Positions 34,074 through 44,108 of a stretch of DNA of 64,000 nucleotides are shown in pieces. The notes under the pieces are model-generated. The model made no database searches and had not been told where the DNA came from. It saw nothing but the letters and a program-made list of their open reading frames with translations. This DNA comes from Acidobacteriota bacterium (GTDB lineage Bacteria; Acidobacteriota; Thermoanaerobaculia; Multivoradales; JAHEKO01): NCBI GenBank assembly GCA_030597375.1, contig JAUVRX010000001.1:54818-118817 (forward strand), read 5' to 3'. How positions within the stretch are numbered: position 1 is the stretch's first letter; every line of letters starts with the position of its first letter. Made by a program: the position numbers and the translations under genes.

Positions 34074-34795
34074 TGAGTCTCATCAACGAGGCGCTGCAAC
34101 GAGCCCGTCAGGAGTCGCGCCGTCGACAGGCGCTCGCCAAGGGGCTGCCCCTGACGCCGCCTCCCCGCTCGGTTCCGCATCGCTCCTGGTTGACAGCGGC
34201 TGTGGTAGCGCTGGCCTTGGCATTGCTCGTGAGTCTGGTCGCCATCGCTCGCCTGGCCAGGAACGAGCCCGAGGCATCGGCACACGTTGCCACGAGCGCC
34301 GAGAGGATCGACGTTCCCCAAGGCGAAGGACAGGCGGCAGAACCGATTGCGACCCAGGCCCCTCCCGAGCCGACAGTCGCTCGAATCCCGGTGTCCGAGC
34401 CTCGAGAAGACCGGGCCAAGCCCCAATCCGAGACCGATGAGGTCGTTCAACCGGAGCCTCGGCCGGCTGCCCCTGTTCCAAGACCAACCGGTGCCGCCAG
34501 TCCACCCACTGAAGGTGTACGATTGACACCGAGTCCGCGCATATCCACCGCCGACAACTCGCAAACAGACTCCTCGCCGGCGCCACGGATCTTCATCGGT
34601 ACCGCGACCCTGGCCAGCGGCGACACGCTGGAGCTGGGCGGCATTGCGTGGTCCGAGACGGGTCCCTACGCACTCCTGGACCAGCGAGTCGTGGGCCTTG
34701 GTGAAAGAGTCATGGGTTACCTGGTGACCCGAATCGCACCGCATGAGGTAGAGCTCGAAGGCGACGACGGAGCGATCCTCATTCGCCTCGAATAG
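34073..34795 (+). CDS. GspB-like partner protein: N-terminal helix, TM segment, Pro/Ala-rich linker, conserved C-terminal domain
   Basis: MSLINEALQRARQE... starts at the ATG overlapping the ExeA stop (TGATG). It is the in-frame internal start of ORF 33914..34795. The TM segment is WLTAAVVALALALLVSLVAI and a ~120-aa low-complexity Pro-rich linker follows. Confidence 0.55.
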   Translation: MSLINEALQRARQESRRRQALAKGLPLTPPPRSVPHRSWLTAAVVALALALLVSLVAIARLARNEPEASAHVATSAERIDVPQGEGQAAEPIATQAPPEPTVARIPVSEPREDRAKPQSETDEVVQPEPRPAAPVPRPTGAASPPTEGVRLTPSPRISTADNSQTDSSPAPRIFIGTATLASGDTLELGGIAWSETGPYALLDQRVVGLGERVMGYLVTRIAPHEVELEGDDGAILIRLE

Positions 34796-34835
34796 GACCG
34801 ACACCGATGAACGATCACCGCTGGAGAACGAGGCC

Positions 34836-36332
34836 ATGAGAACCACGACCCTTGCCTGCTGCACGATGGTTGCAATAACGCTGATCATGACCGTCGGCTG
34901 CTCGAAGACGTCCGACAAGTCGCTTCCTGCCCTCGCCGGCGACGGGCCGCTCTCCGTATTCGATTCCGGAGAATCGCAAATTCCAGAGGTGCTTCGAAAG
35001 TCGCAAGAGCCGTGGAAGGGCGACCTCGATGGAATGGCGGATCGGCGCTATATCCGGGCACTGGTGAACCCCAACCGCACCCAGTACTTTCTCGACGGAG
35101 CCGAGCAGAAAGGGACGGCCTACGAGCTGCTGAAGCAGTTCGAAGACGAGCTCAACAAGGAACTGGGCACCAAGACGCTCCGGATTCATGTACTGATCAT
35201 TCCCACAGCGCGAGATCGCCTCCTCTCCGACCTGGCGGAAGGCCGCGGCGACATCGCAGCCACCAACCTCACCATCACTCCCGAGAGGCAGGAACTGGTG
35301 GACTTCGCTGATCCGCTGATAACAGTGGACGAGATCATCGTCACAGGACCTGCCGTGCAAGAACTGACTTCTCTGGAAGACCTCGCAGGGTCGAAGATAT
35401 ACATCCGCCGGTCGAGCAGCTATTGGGAGAGCCTCGAAGCCCTCAACGGGCGGTTGGCCGAGCAGGGCCTCGAGAAGGTTCGCCTCGAGCCGGCCAACGA
35501 GCTCCTGGAAACCGAGGACATCCTGGAAATGGTCAATGCGGGCGTCATCGACATCACCGTCGCCGACTCCTATCTGGCCTCATTCTGGTCCGAGATCTAC
35601 GAGAATCTGGCCGTCTACCCCGACCTCGCGGTACGTACCGGGGGGCAGATCGCCTGGGCGTTTCGCAAGGACAGCCCGAAGCTCGAGGCAGCTCTCAACA
35701 GGTTCATGAAAGATCGCAAGAAGGGCACCCTGTTGGGCAACATGCTCTTCAAACGATATTTCGAGAATACGGACTGGCTCCGAAATCCTTCCAGTCAGGA
35801 GGAGATGGAACGGTTCGACGAGGCCGTCCAATTTTTTCAGAAGTACGGTGACGAGTACGACTTCGAGTATCTGATGATCGCCGCTCAGGCCTATCAGGAA
35901 TCTCGGATCGACCAGAACCAGCGGAGCAAGGCAGGAGCCATCGGTGTCATGCAGCTCCTCAAGAGCACGGCGAACGACCCCAATGTGGGCATCTCGGAAA
36001 TCGAAGAACTGGAGAGCAACATCCACGCAGGCGTGAAGTACCTCCGCTTTCTGACCGACCGATATTTCGATGACGAGGGGATCGACATGGCCAATCGAGG
36101 CCTCTTCGCCGTTGCCGCCTACAATGCCGGCCCCAGTCGCGTCGCTGGCCTGCGAAAGAAAGCTGCCGAGAAGGGTCTCGACCCCAATCTCTGGTTCAAC
36201 AACGTCGAGGTGGTGGCGGCGCATGAAATCGGCCGCGAAACGGTGCAGTACGTGAGCAACATCTACAAGTACTACCTGGCCTACTCGCTGATCGTCGATC
36301 AGGAGCAACGCAAGGCGAAGGCCCGCGGCTGA
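34836..36332 (+). CDS. mltF: membrane-bound lytic murein transglycosylase F-like lipoprotein (periplasmic solute-binding domain + SLT domain)
   Basis: 498 aa with a lipobox LIMTVGCS. An N-terminal type 3 periplasmic-binding-protein domain is followed by a C-terminal SLT domain with the catalytic-Glu block (AQAYQESRIDQNQRSKAGAIGVMQL). Confidence 0.85.
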   Translation: MRTTTLACCTMVAITLIMTVGCSKTSDKSLPALAGDGPLSVFDSGESQIPEVLRKSQEPWKGDLDGMADRRYIRALVNPNRTQYFLDGAEQKGTAYELLKQFEDELNKELGTKTLRIHVLIIPTARDRLLSDLAEGRGDIAATNLTITPERQELVDFADPLITVDEIIVTGPAVQELTSLEDLAGSKIYIRRSSSYWESLEALNGRLAEQGLEKVRLEPANELLETEDILEMVNAGVIDITVADSYLASFWSEIYENLAVYPDLAVRTGGQIAWAFRKDSPKLEAALNRFMKDRKKGTLLGNMLFKRYFENTDWLRNPSSQEEMERFDEAVQFFQKYGDEYDFEYLMIAAQAYQESRIDQNQRSKAGAIGVMQLLKSTANDPNVGISEIEELESNIHAGVKYLRFLTDRYFDDEGIDMANRGLFAVAAYNAGPSRVAGLRKKAAEKGLDPNLWFNNVEVVAAHEIGRETVQYVSNIYKYYLAYSLIVDQEQRKAKARG

Positions 36333-36361
36333 GGAGCGGCCTGCACCAGACCCGAGCCAGA

Positions 36362-36850
36362 ATGAACGACATACCAGCCTTCGAACCCATCAGCGAGTTC
36401 CGCACCACCAGGCGGATCGAGTTCGCCGACACCGACATGGGTGGAATCGTCCACTTCGCCCGCTATCTGGTGTTCATGGAGACTGCCGAACATGAGTTTC
36501 TTCGAACCCTGGGAACCACTGCAATCGCCACGACCGAAGGAAGAACCATCGGCTGGCCGCGGGTGGAGGCCTCCTGCCAGTACCTGAGTCCTGCTCACTA
36601 CGGGGACGAGTTGGACATTCACCTGCGAGTCGCGAGAAAGGGCATGAGCTCGCTGACCTACGCCATCACTTTCTCCTGCGATGGCCGGCTCGTCGCCCGG
36701 GGACGCATGTCGTCCGTCTGCTGCATCCTGCGCGACGAAGAGGGTCTCGAATCGATCCCCATGCCTGAGGCCCTCGCCCAGCGGTTGGCTGTGTCCCCTA
36801 CCGAGGGAGATCACGAATCTGGAGAACGCGGCTCAGCGGGATCCGACTGA
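36362..36850 (+). CDS. 4HBT/YbgC-type acyl-CoA thioesterase (hotdog fold)
   Basis: 162 aa; the block TTRRIEFADTDMGGIVHFARYLVFMETAEHEFL is typical of the YbgC/4HBT family. Confidence 0.7.
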   Translation: MNDIPAFEPISEFRTTRRIEFADTDMGGIVHFARYLVFMETAEHEFLRTLGTTAIATTEGRTIGWPRVEASCQYLSPAHYGDELDIHLRVARKGMSSLTYAITFSCDGRLVARGRMSSVCCILRDEEGLESIPMPEALAQRLAVSPTEGDHESGERGSAGSD

Positions 36851-36862
36851 GATCGTCGCCCC

Positions 36863-37501
36863 ATGATCATCAGTGAGCCCATGACCCTGTTCACCGATTA
36901 TCTGGTGGCCGCTCTGGCCGCCAGTCTCGGAACTCACCTGGTCATCGAAGGGCGGGCCCGCAGCACACAATCCGAAGTTCTCTGGGGCTGGGCGCTCCTG
37001 GCCACGGCCCTGGGGGCACTGGCGGGAGGAACCTCACACGGTTTCGTTCAACAGCTGGGAGAAGGGGGCTGGCAGGTCCTGTGGAAGATCACCGTCTATG
37101 CCATCGGCGCGGCCAGCTTCCTTCTGCTGGCTGGTGCCCTCGTGGCGTCTCTGGCCGGTCCCTGGAGAAGGCTGACGCTCGTCGTCGCCGGCCTGAAGCT
37201 CGGAGGCCATCTCTGGTGGATGGCCTCTCACGACGACTTTCGCTTTGTCATCAACGACTACGGAACCACCATGGTCGTGATTCTTCTGCTCCAAATCTGG
37301 CAATGGCGGGCTCGACGAGCCGCCAGCGCCCCCTGGGTGGTGGCCGGGATCCTCGTTTCTTTCGCCGCCTCGGTCATCCAGCAGAGCGGTTTCACGCTGC
37401 ATCCCCACTTCAACCACAACGACCTGTTCCATGTGATCCAGATGCTCGCCCTGTGGTTGCTCTACCGCGGCGGCAGGCTGCTGGACGACGCCGGCGTCTG
37501 A
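36863..37501 (+). CDS. hypothetical integral membrane protein (about 6 TM segments)
   Basis: 212 aa, hydrophobic, in an operon-like position directly after the thioesterase. No family recognised. Confidence 0.5.
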   Translation: MIISEPMTLFTDYLVAALAASLGTHLVIEGRARSTQSEVLWGWALLATALGALAGGTSHGFVQQLGEGGWQVLWKITVYAIGAASFLLLAGALVASLAGPWRRLTLVVAGLKLGGHLWWMASHDDFRFVINDYGTTMVVILLLQIWQWRARRAASAPWVVAGILVSFAASVIQQSGFTLHPHFNHNDLFHVIQMLALWLLYRGGRLLDDAGV

Positions 37502-37515
37502 CAGATCTCGACGGG

Positions 37516-37995
37516 CTACCAGCGGTAGTGGGCTGGGTGACCTGGCTCGACTGCGACGAAGTGGCCGACACAGGTGGCGGTGATTCGCCCACCTCCGGAG
37601 AGTGTGGCCTCCACCCTGACGCGCGGCCCATCCGAGGAGACCACTCGAGCCGAGAGGCGCACCGCCCCACCGGTCGGAGTCGGGCGCTTCATGGTCACAT
37701 GGAAGTCTGCGGTCACCATCGGCGGGGCCGTCTCCAGACCATCCCGGTTGATCATGTGCCAGATCGCAGTCCAATTGCTGTGGCAATCCATCAGGGTGCC
37801 GATGATGCCGCCGTTGAGCACATTGTGGAAGGCCTCGTGATGGGTCTCGGGAGTCCACTCGGCCACGACCTCCGAGTCCGGGGAGCTACCGGTCGGAAAG
37901 CTGCGGATGCGAAGACCCCTTTCGTTGGCTGGGCCACATCCGAAGCAAGCATTGCGGGGAGCGAAGCGCTCCTGCAGGCTGAGCTCTGTCTCCAT
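37516..37995 (-). CDS. PaaI/YiiD-type thioesterase-superfamily protein (hotdog fold)
   Basis: 159 aa; the block NVLNGGIIGTLMDCHSNW is typical of the PaaI family. Confidence 0.6.
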   Translation of the reverse strand: METELSLQERFAPRNACFGCGPANERGLRIRSFPTGSSPDSEVVAEWTPETHHEAFHNVLNGGIIGTLMDCHSNWTAIWHMINRDGLETAPPMVTADFHVTMKRPTPTGGAVRLSARVVSSDGPRVRVEATLSGGGRITATCVGHFVAVEPGHPAHYRW

Positions 37996-38009
37996 GCTCC
38001 GACCTCCTC

Positions 38010-40475
38010 TCAGTTGGCCACGATGTTGACCAGCCGCCCCGGCACCACGATGACCTTGCGTACCGTCTTGTCCTCGGTGAAGCGCCGAGCCCCTTCGCAG
38101 GCCAGAGCCATCTCGCGGGCCGTCTCGTCGTCGATATCGACCGGCACGACCAGTCGGTCTCTCACCTTGCCGTTGACCTGAACGACCAGCGTTACCTCAT
38201 CGTCCGCCGCCGCTTCCTCATCCACCTCGGGCCAGGACTGAGTGTGGATCGAGTAGCTCTTGCCCAGACGCTCCCAGAGCTCTTCCGCAATGTGGGGTGC
38301 TATGGGAGCCAGCATGCGCAGATAGATGTCACAGGCCTCGTCCCAGGCTTCGGTTCCGACCGCTCCTTCGGCGCGGGCCTGCTGCATCTCGTTCATGAGC
38401 TCCATGAGAGCGGCAACGATGGTGTTGAACTCATAGCTCTCGAAATCGCCGCTCACCTGTCGCAGGGCCTGATGGACCTTGCGGCGCAAACGGCGCTCGA
38501 CTCCGGGCTCGGCGACGGCCTCCTCGGAGGACTCCAACAGCAGAGACCAGAGCCTCTTGAGCCACCGCCATGTACCTTCGATGCCTCGACTGTTCCATGG
38601 ACCCCCCTGCTCCCAGCGGGCGAAGAACATCAGATAACTACGCACTGCATCCGCGCCGTAGCGATCGACGAGATCATCGGGGGCGACGACGTTCCCACGG
38701 CTCTTGGACATCTTCTCGAAATCCTCGCCCAGGACGGTGCCCTGATTCCGCAGCTGAAGCATCGGCTCGTTTCCAGCGACGATGCCCATGTCGTGGCAGG
38801 CCTTATGGAAGAACCGGGTGTAGATGAGATGCATCGTGGCGTGCTCGATGCCCCCGGTGTAGCTGTCGACCGGCATCCAGTAGGCATACTCCTGTGGGTC
38901 GAAAGGACCCGAATCGTAGTGCGGGCTCAGATACCGCAGGTGGTACCAGGAGGAGCACATGAAGGTGTCCAGGGTGTCGGTCTCACGCTCGGCCTCCGAG
39001 CCGCACTCGGGACAGGTAGTAAATCGCCACGTCGGATGGAGCTTCAGCGGGCTCTCCCCGGTCGGCGTCCACTCGACGTCCTCGGGGAGCGTCACCGGGA
39101 GCTCGGAGTCCGGAACCGGGACGACCCCACAACGCTCGCAGTAGACCACCGGGATAGGCGCACCCCAGTAGCGTTGGCGTGAGATCAGCCAGTCGTGGAG
39201 GCGATATCGGACCGCACCGCGGCCGGTACTCTTCTCCTCGAGAAATTCGATCGCCGCCGACACCGATTCGTCCGCAGGGGTACCGGTGAGCGGTCCGGAG
39301 TTGACCATGGTGCCCTGGTGGGTCGTGGCCACCGCCATCGCTTCACCCGACGGCACATCCTCCCCGGGAGCCTGGATGACGGGCCGCACTTCGAGATCGA
39401 ACTGCCGTGCGAATTCGAAGTCGCGCTGGTCGTGAGCCGGTACAGCCATGATGGCACCGGTACCGTAGGTCATGAGGACATAGTCGGCGATCCAGATCGG
39501 AATTCTCTCGTCGGTCACCGGATTGATGGCGTAGGCCCCGGTGAACACGCCGGTCTTTTGCCGATCGGCCGCCTCGCGCTGAATGTCGGTCTGGCGCTGA
39601 GCCTGGGCTATGTATTCCTCCACCGCTTGCCGCTGCTCTTCGGTCGTCAGCTCGGCCACGAGAGGGTGCTCTGGCGCCAGGACCATGAAGGTGGCGCCCC
39701 AGAGCGTGTCGGGCCGCGTCGTGAAGACCTGCAAGGGTTCCCCAGTCTCGGTCTGAAAGACGACGTCGGCGCCCTCCGAACGGCCGATCCAGTTTCTCTC
39801 GAGGACCTGCACCCGTTCCGGCCAGTCGATCTGGGAGAAGTCGAGCAGCTCTTCCGCATAGCGGGTGGTGCGAAAGAACCACTGCTCCAGCTCCTTCCGC
39901 ACGACGGGCGTCTTGCAGCGCTCGCAGCGCCGGTCATCGCCCCACACCTGCTCCCGCGCCAGCGTCGTGTTGCAGCTCGGGCACCAGTCGACGGCCGCCC
40001 TGTTCCGATAGGCCAGGTCGGCCTCGAGAAGCTGGAGAAAGAACCACTGGGTCCACCGGTAGTACTCAGAGTCGGCGGAAGCGGTCTGCCGACGCCAGTC
40101 GATCATGGTGCCCATCCGCCTCAGCTGGCGACGCATCCGTTCGATATTCGTGTAGGTCCACTCTCGCGGATGGACCTTTCGCTGGATGGCGGCGTTTTCC
40201 GCTGGCAGTCCGAAGGCGTCGAAACCCATGGGGAAGAGCACGTTGAAACCTCGGAGACGCATGTATCGAGCCCTGGCGTCGGGCGGAGCCATCGCATACC
40301 AGTGGCCGATGTGGAGATCTCCCGACGGGTACGGCAGCATGGTCAGGGCGTAGTGCTTGGGGCGCTCCGGGTCGACATCGGACTCGTAGAGACCATCGGC
40401 CTCCCACCGTTTCTGCCACCGGGACTCGACCTCGGTTGGGTCGTAGGGGACGACTTCTCGCTCAGCGCTGCTCAT
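38010..40475 (-). CDS. leuS: leucyl-tRNA synthetase
   Basis: 821 aa with a HIGH motif (PYPSGDLHIGHWYAM) and KMSKS (EKMSKSRGN). The overall length and domain order match bacterial LeuS. Confidence 0.95.
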   Translation of the reverse strand: MSSAEREVVPYDPTEVESRWQKRWEADGLYESDVDPERPKHYALTMLPYPSGDLHIGHWYAMAPPDARARYMRLRGFNVLFPMGFDAFGLPAENAAIQRKVHPREWTYTNIERMRRQLRRMGTMIDWRRQTASADSEYYRWTQWFFLQLLEADLAYRNRAAVDWCPSCNTTLAREQVWGDDRRCERCKTPVVRKELEQWFFRTTRYAEELLDFSQIDWPERVQVLERNWIGRSEGADVVFQTETGEPLQVFTTRPDTLWGATFMVLAPEHPLVAELTTEEQRQAVEEYIAQAQRQTDIQREAADRQKTGVFTGAYAINPVTDERIPIWIADYVLMTYGTGAIMAVPAHDQRDFEFARQFDLEVRPVIQAPGEDVPSGEAMAVATTHQGTMVNSGPLTGTPADESVSAAIEFLEEKSTGRGAVRYRLHDWLISRQRYWGAPIPVVYCERCGVVPVPDSELPVTLPEDVEWTPTGESPLKLHPTWRFTTCPECGSEAERETDTLDTFMCSSWYHLRYLSPHYDSGPFDPQEYAYWMPVDSYTGGIEHATMHLIYTRFFHKACHDMGIVAGNEPMLQLRNQGTVLGEDFEKMSKSRGNVVAPDDLVDRYGADAVRSYLMFFARWEQGGPWNSRGIEGTWRWLKRLWSLLLESSEEAVAEPGVERRLRRKVHQALRQVSGDFESYEFNTIVAALMELMNEMQQARAEGAVGTEAWDEACDIYLRMLAPIAPHIAEELWERLGKSYSIHTQSWPEVDEEAAADDEVTLVVQVNGKVRDRLVVPVDIDDETAREMALACEGARRFTEDKTVRKVIVVPGRLVNIVAN

Positions 40476-40628
40476 CTCTCACCTGTTGCCTCTGGCAGGG
40501 GTAACCGTGCCGGATTCTTCGAATCGGGCCGACCTTCGCTCGATCGCCAGCCAACGAATCACGCGATCTTATCGTGAAACCACACGGGAGGGCGGAGGCT
40601 GCGGCAGATGATCGAAGACCGGTCCTGG

Positions 40629-40700
40629 CCCGCATTATTCATGCGGGCCAAGGGCGTAGGGGTGGACGCGACCGGGCGTTCCTTCGGCCGGTCTTTGGGG
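40629..40700. repeat. mosaic short repeat copy in the rnd/leuS intergenic region (hairpin cccgcat-tattc-atgcggg + agggcgtagggg + ccttcggccggtctttgggg)
   Basis: Read directly; the modules recur at 17380, 61046 and 61061. Confidence 0.4.
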
Positions 40701-40773
40701 CTCGAGGTTGAGACGAAGCTCTGCTGGGAGCCCGTCGATACTCGAGGTGCTGCAGGAAAACACCGAGCGAAAC

Positions 40774-41901
40774 TCAGGGCCGACACAGCTCTTCGAGCTC
40801 TGAGCCGTAGCGAGCGATGCGTTTCGGCCCCAGCTGCGGAACCGATTGGAGGTCCTGGGTGCCGTAGCGCTGCAGATGACGCACGGCTGCGACCGGCAGC
40901 ACGACCAGCAAGGGTACGCCTCGGCGGGACGCCTCTTGCCGACGCCAGGCCTTCAGTCGGTCCCCTCGGCGCTGCGCCTCGGGGTCGGACCTCTCGCGTC
41001 TGGCCCCCTCGATGACGGGAGCCGGTTGGCGACGGGCCTCCGCGATCTTCTCCAGGAGCTCGGCCGAATACCGGGAGCGGATCCGCGACGGCAGGCCCAG
41101 CCGATTCAGGTCCTGGAGGGTCGCTGGCGCATTTCGACTCAGAGCCACGAGACTCGAGTTGTTGAGCACCCTGCCGGGCGGCAGATCCAGATCGCGCGCG
41201 ATCGAGTCACGCCAGAAATAGAGAGAGCGGAGAATCGACCGACTCTCTGCCGGTAATTGGCGGGCTCCCTTGAGGCTCCAGATTCCGTTCACCTGAAAGC
41301 CGCCGTTCCAAGTGGCCTCCTCCACCACGCGATTGGCGATCTCCACTTCCTCTACGAGGTCTGCCTCCTCTACCATCTGGCAGAGCCTCTGTCCGACCGT
41401 CGGTAGGTAGTGCACGTCATCGAGGGCGTAACGCAACGGAGCCGGATCCAGGGGTCTCGTCCCCCAGTCGTATCTTGCGAAACCCTTCGGCAGGCTGACC
41501 CCACAGACCTTCTCGACGACCGCTCCGTAGCCGGTCTTTTCCCAGCCCAGGAAGGTCGCGGCCTGCTGGGTGTCCCAGACCCCTTGCAGAGCCATTCCGT
41601 AGTCTCGCTTCAGACAACCGACGTCGAACTCGCCGCCGTGGAGAAAAACTCTCATGGACGGGCTCTCGAGTGGCAGGCGAAGGGGATCCAGAGCCTGCCT
41701 ACCTCCCGGCAAGGCCGTCAGATCCACCACCCACAGCTGTTCGGCAACGTTGAGCTGCAATAGGCAGAGGCGCTCCTCATAGACGAAGCCGGAATTGGAC
41801 TCGCTGTCTACCGCAATCCATTCACAAGAACGGACCTGTTCGGCAAGAGCGCGCAAGCCGTGCTCGTCCTCGACCCGTTGATGTGGTGGTAGCTCGACCA
41901 T
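40774..41901 (-). CDS. rnd: ribonuclease D (3'-5' exonuclease + HRDC domain)
   Basis: 375 aa. DEDDy exonuclease motifs are present (IAVDSESNSGFVYEERLCLLQL; HYL...D). A C-terminal HRDC region is present. Confidence 0.8.
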   Translation of the reverse strand: MVELPPHQRVEDEHGLRALAEQVRSCEWIAVDSESNSGFVYEERLCLLQLNVAEQLWVVDLTALPGGRQALDPLRLPLESPSMRVFLHGGEFDVGCLKRDYGMALQGVWDTQQAATFLGWEKTGYGAVVEKVCGVSLPKGFARYDWGTRPLDPAPLRYALDDVHYLPTVGQRLCQMVEEADLVEEVEIANRVVEEATWNGGFQVNGIWSLKGARQLPAESRSILRSLYFWRDSIARDLDLPPGRVLNNSSLVALSRNAPATLQDLNRLGLPSRIRSRYSAELLEKIAEARRQPAPVIEGARRERSDPEAQRRGDRLKAWRRQEASRRGVPLLVVLPVAAVRHLQRYGTQDLQSVPQLGPKRIARYGSELEELCRP

Positions 41902-42197
41902 CGCGGTCTCCTCCCGACCGAAAGGCGGAGCTCATGTTACCAAGCCGAGTCGGGAGCGGGAGCAGATCGAGACCAAACTCGACAGGCTCCGCGCCTTGTA
42001 ATCTCAGGAATCTGCTAGACTTACGCCGATCTTGCGGTGGGGAGCCAAGCAGACGACCCACCCATTTTTCATCTCGACAACCGTAATCACCGCCGGCCGG
42101 CGCAGCTCGCGTTGCCCCAATTGCATTCAATCTGCAGTGACACCGACTGAGACGGTCAGCGGCTTCAGTAACTGATAGAAAAACCAACGGAGACAGT

Positions 42198-44060
42198 GTG
42201 ACACGCAGAATGTTGATCAACGCGCGAGTTCCTGAGGAGCTGCGCATCGCAATCATGGACGGCGACGTCCTCGAGAACTATCAGGTCGAGGTCTCCGATC
42301 GCGACCTCACCCGCGGAAACATCTACCGCGGCACCATCAATTCGATTCAGCCCAGCCTGAATGCCGCTTTCATCGACTATGGCGCCGAGAGACATGGCTT
42401 CCTGCCCGTCCAGGATGTCGTGCCGGCGGCCTACTACCGCAATCCCGAAAAGTCGGGCCGACCTCGCATCGAAGAGGTCCTGGAAAAGGGCAAGCCCATC
42501 GTCGTGCAGGTGACTCGGGAGCCGGAGGGCAACAAAGGTGCCGCTCTGACCACCAACCTCAGCCTCGCCGGACGCTATCTAGTCCTCACTCCATTCGACG
42601 ACACCCACGGAGTGTCGAGAAAGGTCGAGGACGAGGAGACTCGGAAGCAGCTCAAGGAACAGGTCGCCAAACTGAATCGACCGTCGGGGTCCGGGATCAT
42701 CGTTCGAACCAACGCCCTGGACCAGAACAAGGCCGCTCTGACCCGGGACATGAATGCGCTGCATCGCCTCTGGAAGAGCGTCGGTACCGAGGCCAGACGG
42801 GGTAAGGGCATTCAGCTGCTCTACAGCGATCAAGACATCATCCTGCGGACTCTCAGGGACTATCTGGACAACTCGATGCAGGAGGTCCTGATCGACAACG
42901 ATGCCGCCTACGAAAAGACCCGGCTGTACATGCGGGCCTTCATGCCGAGGAGCAAGACCCGGTTGGTGCGCTACTCGGAGAGGACGCCGCTTTTTGCACG
43001 CTTCGAGCTCGAGCCCCAGATCGAGAGAATCTACGACCGGCAGGTCGGGTTGCCCAGTGGTGGTTCCATCGTCATCGATGCCACAGAGGCACTGGTCGCC
43101 ATCGACGTCAACTCGGGTAGATCGACACGCGCCTCGAGCCAGGAAGCGACAGCTCTCAACACCAATCTCGAAGCTGCCGCTGAGGTCGCGAGACAGCTGC
43201 GGTTGCGCGATATCGGCGGCCTGATCGTCGTCGATTTCATCGATATGCAGGCCTGGAAGAATCGCAAGTCGGTCGAGAAGGCCCTGCGCGACGCGATGAA
43301 GAGTGACAAGGCTCGCTTCACTGTCGGTCGAATCAGTCCCAACGGCCTCCTTGAAGTCAATCGTCAACGGATTCAGCAGGCACTCCACTTGCGCACCCAT
43401 CGCGCTTGCCCTACCTGCACGGGAACCGGTCGCATCGCCAGCCCGGAAATGGTCGGCCTCAAGGTACTGAGAAAGATCGAGGCCAGGGCTGCCTCCGGCT
43501 TCACCGGCACCGTCCGGATCTCCCTTCACCCCGAGTTGGCCGACTCGATTCAGAACAAGCGGCGCCACGACATCGCCAACCTGGAAGAGGAGTTCGGTCT
43601 GCGGGTCGAGATCATCGCCTCGAATCGCCTGCATCGATCGGAACAGGAGATCGACTGGATCGAGTCTTCGAACGGCGACCTGCGGGTTCCCAAGACTCCC
43701 CGCGCAGGCACCGACCCGAAGCGCACCTCGCTGAGCATCGAAGACGCCGCCTCGGTTTCGGAATCGAGCTCAGACCCCAAGAAGAGCAGTTCGAGGAGGC
43801 GCCGCAGACGCCCATCGAAAGGGAGCAGGAAGCCGGCCGAGGGTCAGCAGACCCCTTCCACCGACCAGCAGGCAGCTCCAACACCTGTCGCCACGAGCCC
43901 ATCGTCTTCCGGTTCTGATGCCGGTTCTGACCCGAGTGGCTCCGACCAGGGCGCCTCGAAAACGAGTGCCTCCACCGGAAAGCGCCGGAGTGGAAGAAGT
44001 CGCTCTCGAAGAGGCGGCCGACGGCGCAAGCCCGCCGAGGCCTCCAACAAGCCGGATTGA
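42198..44060 (+). CDS. ribonuclease E/G family endoribonuclease with Arg/Ser-rich C-terminal tail
   Basis: 620 aa. An S1 domain (GNIYRGTINSIQPSLNAAFIDYG) is followed by DNase-I-like catalytic blocks (GGSIVIDATEALVAIDVNSG) and a Zn-link CPTCTGTGR. The last ~130 aa are low-complexity basic sequence (SSRRRRRRPSKGS...RSRSRRGGRRRK). Confidence 0.85.
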   Translation: MTRRMLINARVPEELRIAIMDGDVLENYQVEVSDRDLTRGNIYRGTINSIQPSLNAAFIDYGAERHGFLPVQDVVPAAYYRNPEKSGRPRIEEVLEKGKPIVVQVTREPEGNKGAALTTNLSLAGRYLVLTPFDDTHGVSRKVEDEETRKQLKEQVAKLNRPSGSGIIVRTNALDQNKAALTRDMNALHRLWKSVGTEARRGKGIQLLYSDQDIILRTLRDYLDNSMQEVLIDNDAAYEKTRLYMRAFMPRSKTRLVRYSERTPLFARFELEPQIERIYDRQVGLPSGGSIVIDATEALVAIDVNSGRSTRASSQEATALNTNLEAAAEVARQLRLRDIGGLIVVDFIDMQAWKNRKSVEKALRDAMKSDKARFTVGRISPNGLLEVNRQRIQQALHLRTHRACPTCTGTGRIASPEMVGLKVLRKIEARAASGFTGTVRISLHPELADSIQNKRRHDIANLEEEFGLRVEIIASNRLHRSEQEIDWIESSNGDLRVPKTPRAGTDPKRTSLSIEDAASVSESSSDPKKSSSRRRRRRPSKGSRKPAEGQQTPSTDQQAAPTPVATSPSSSGSDAGSDPSGSDQGASKTSASTGKRRSGRSRSRRGGRRRKPAEASNKPD

Positions 44061-44108
44061 GCTTCACCGCCATGGTGAGGCGGCGTCCATGGCCGTAGGA
44101 GCAGAGCC

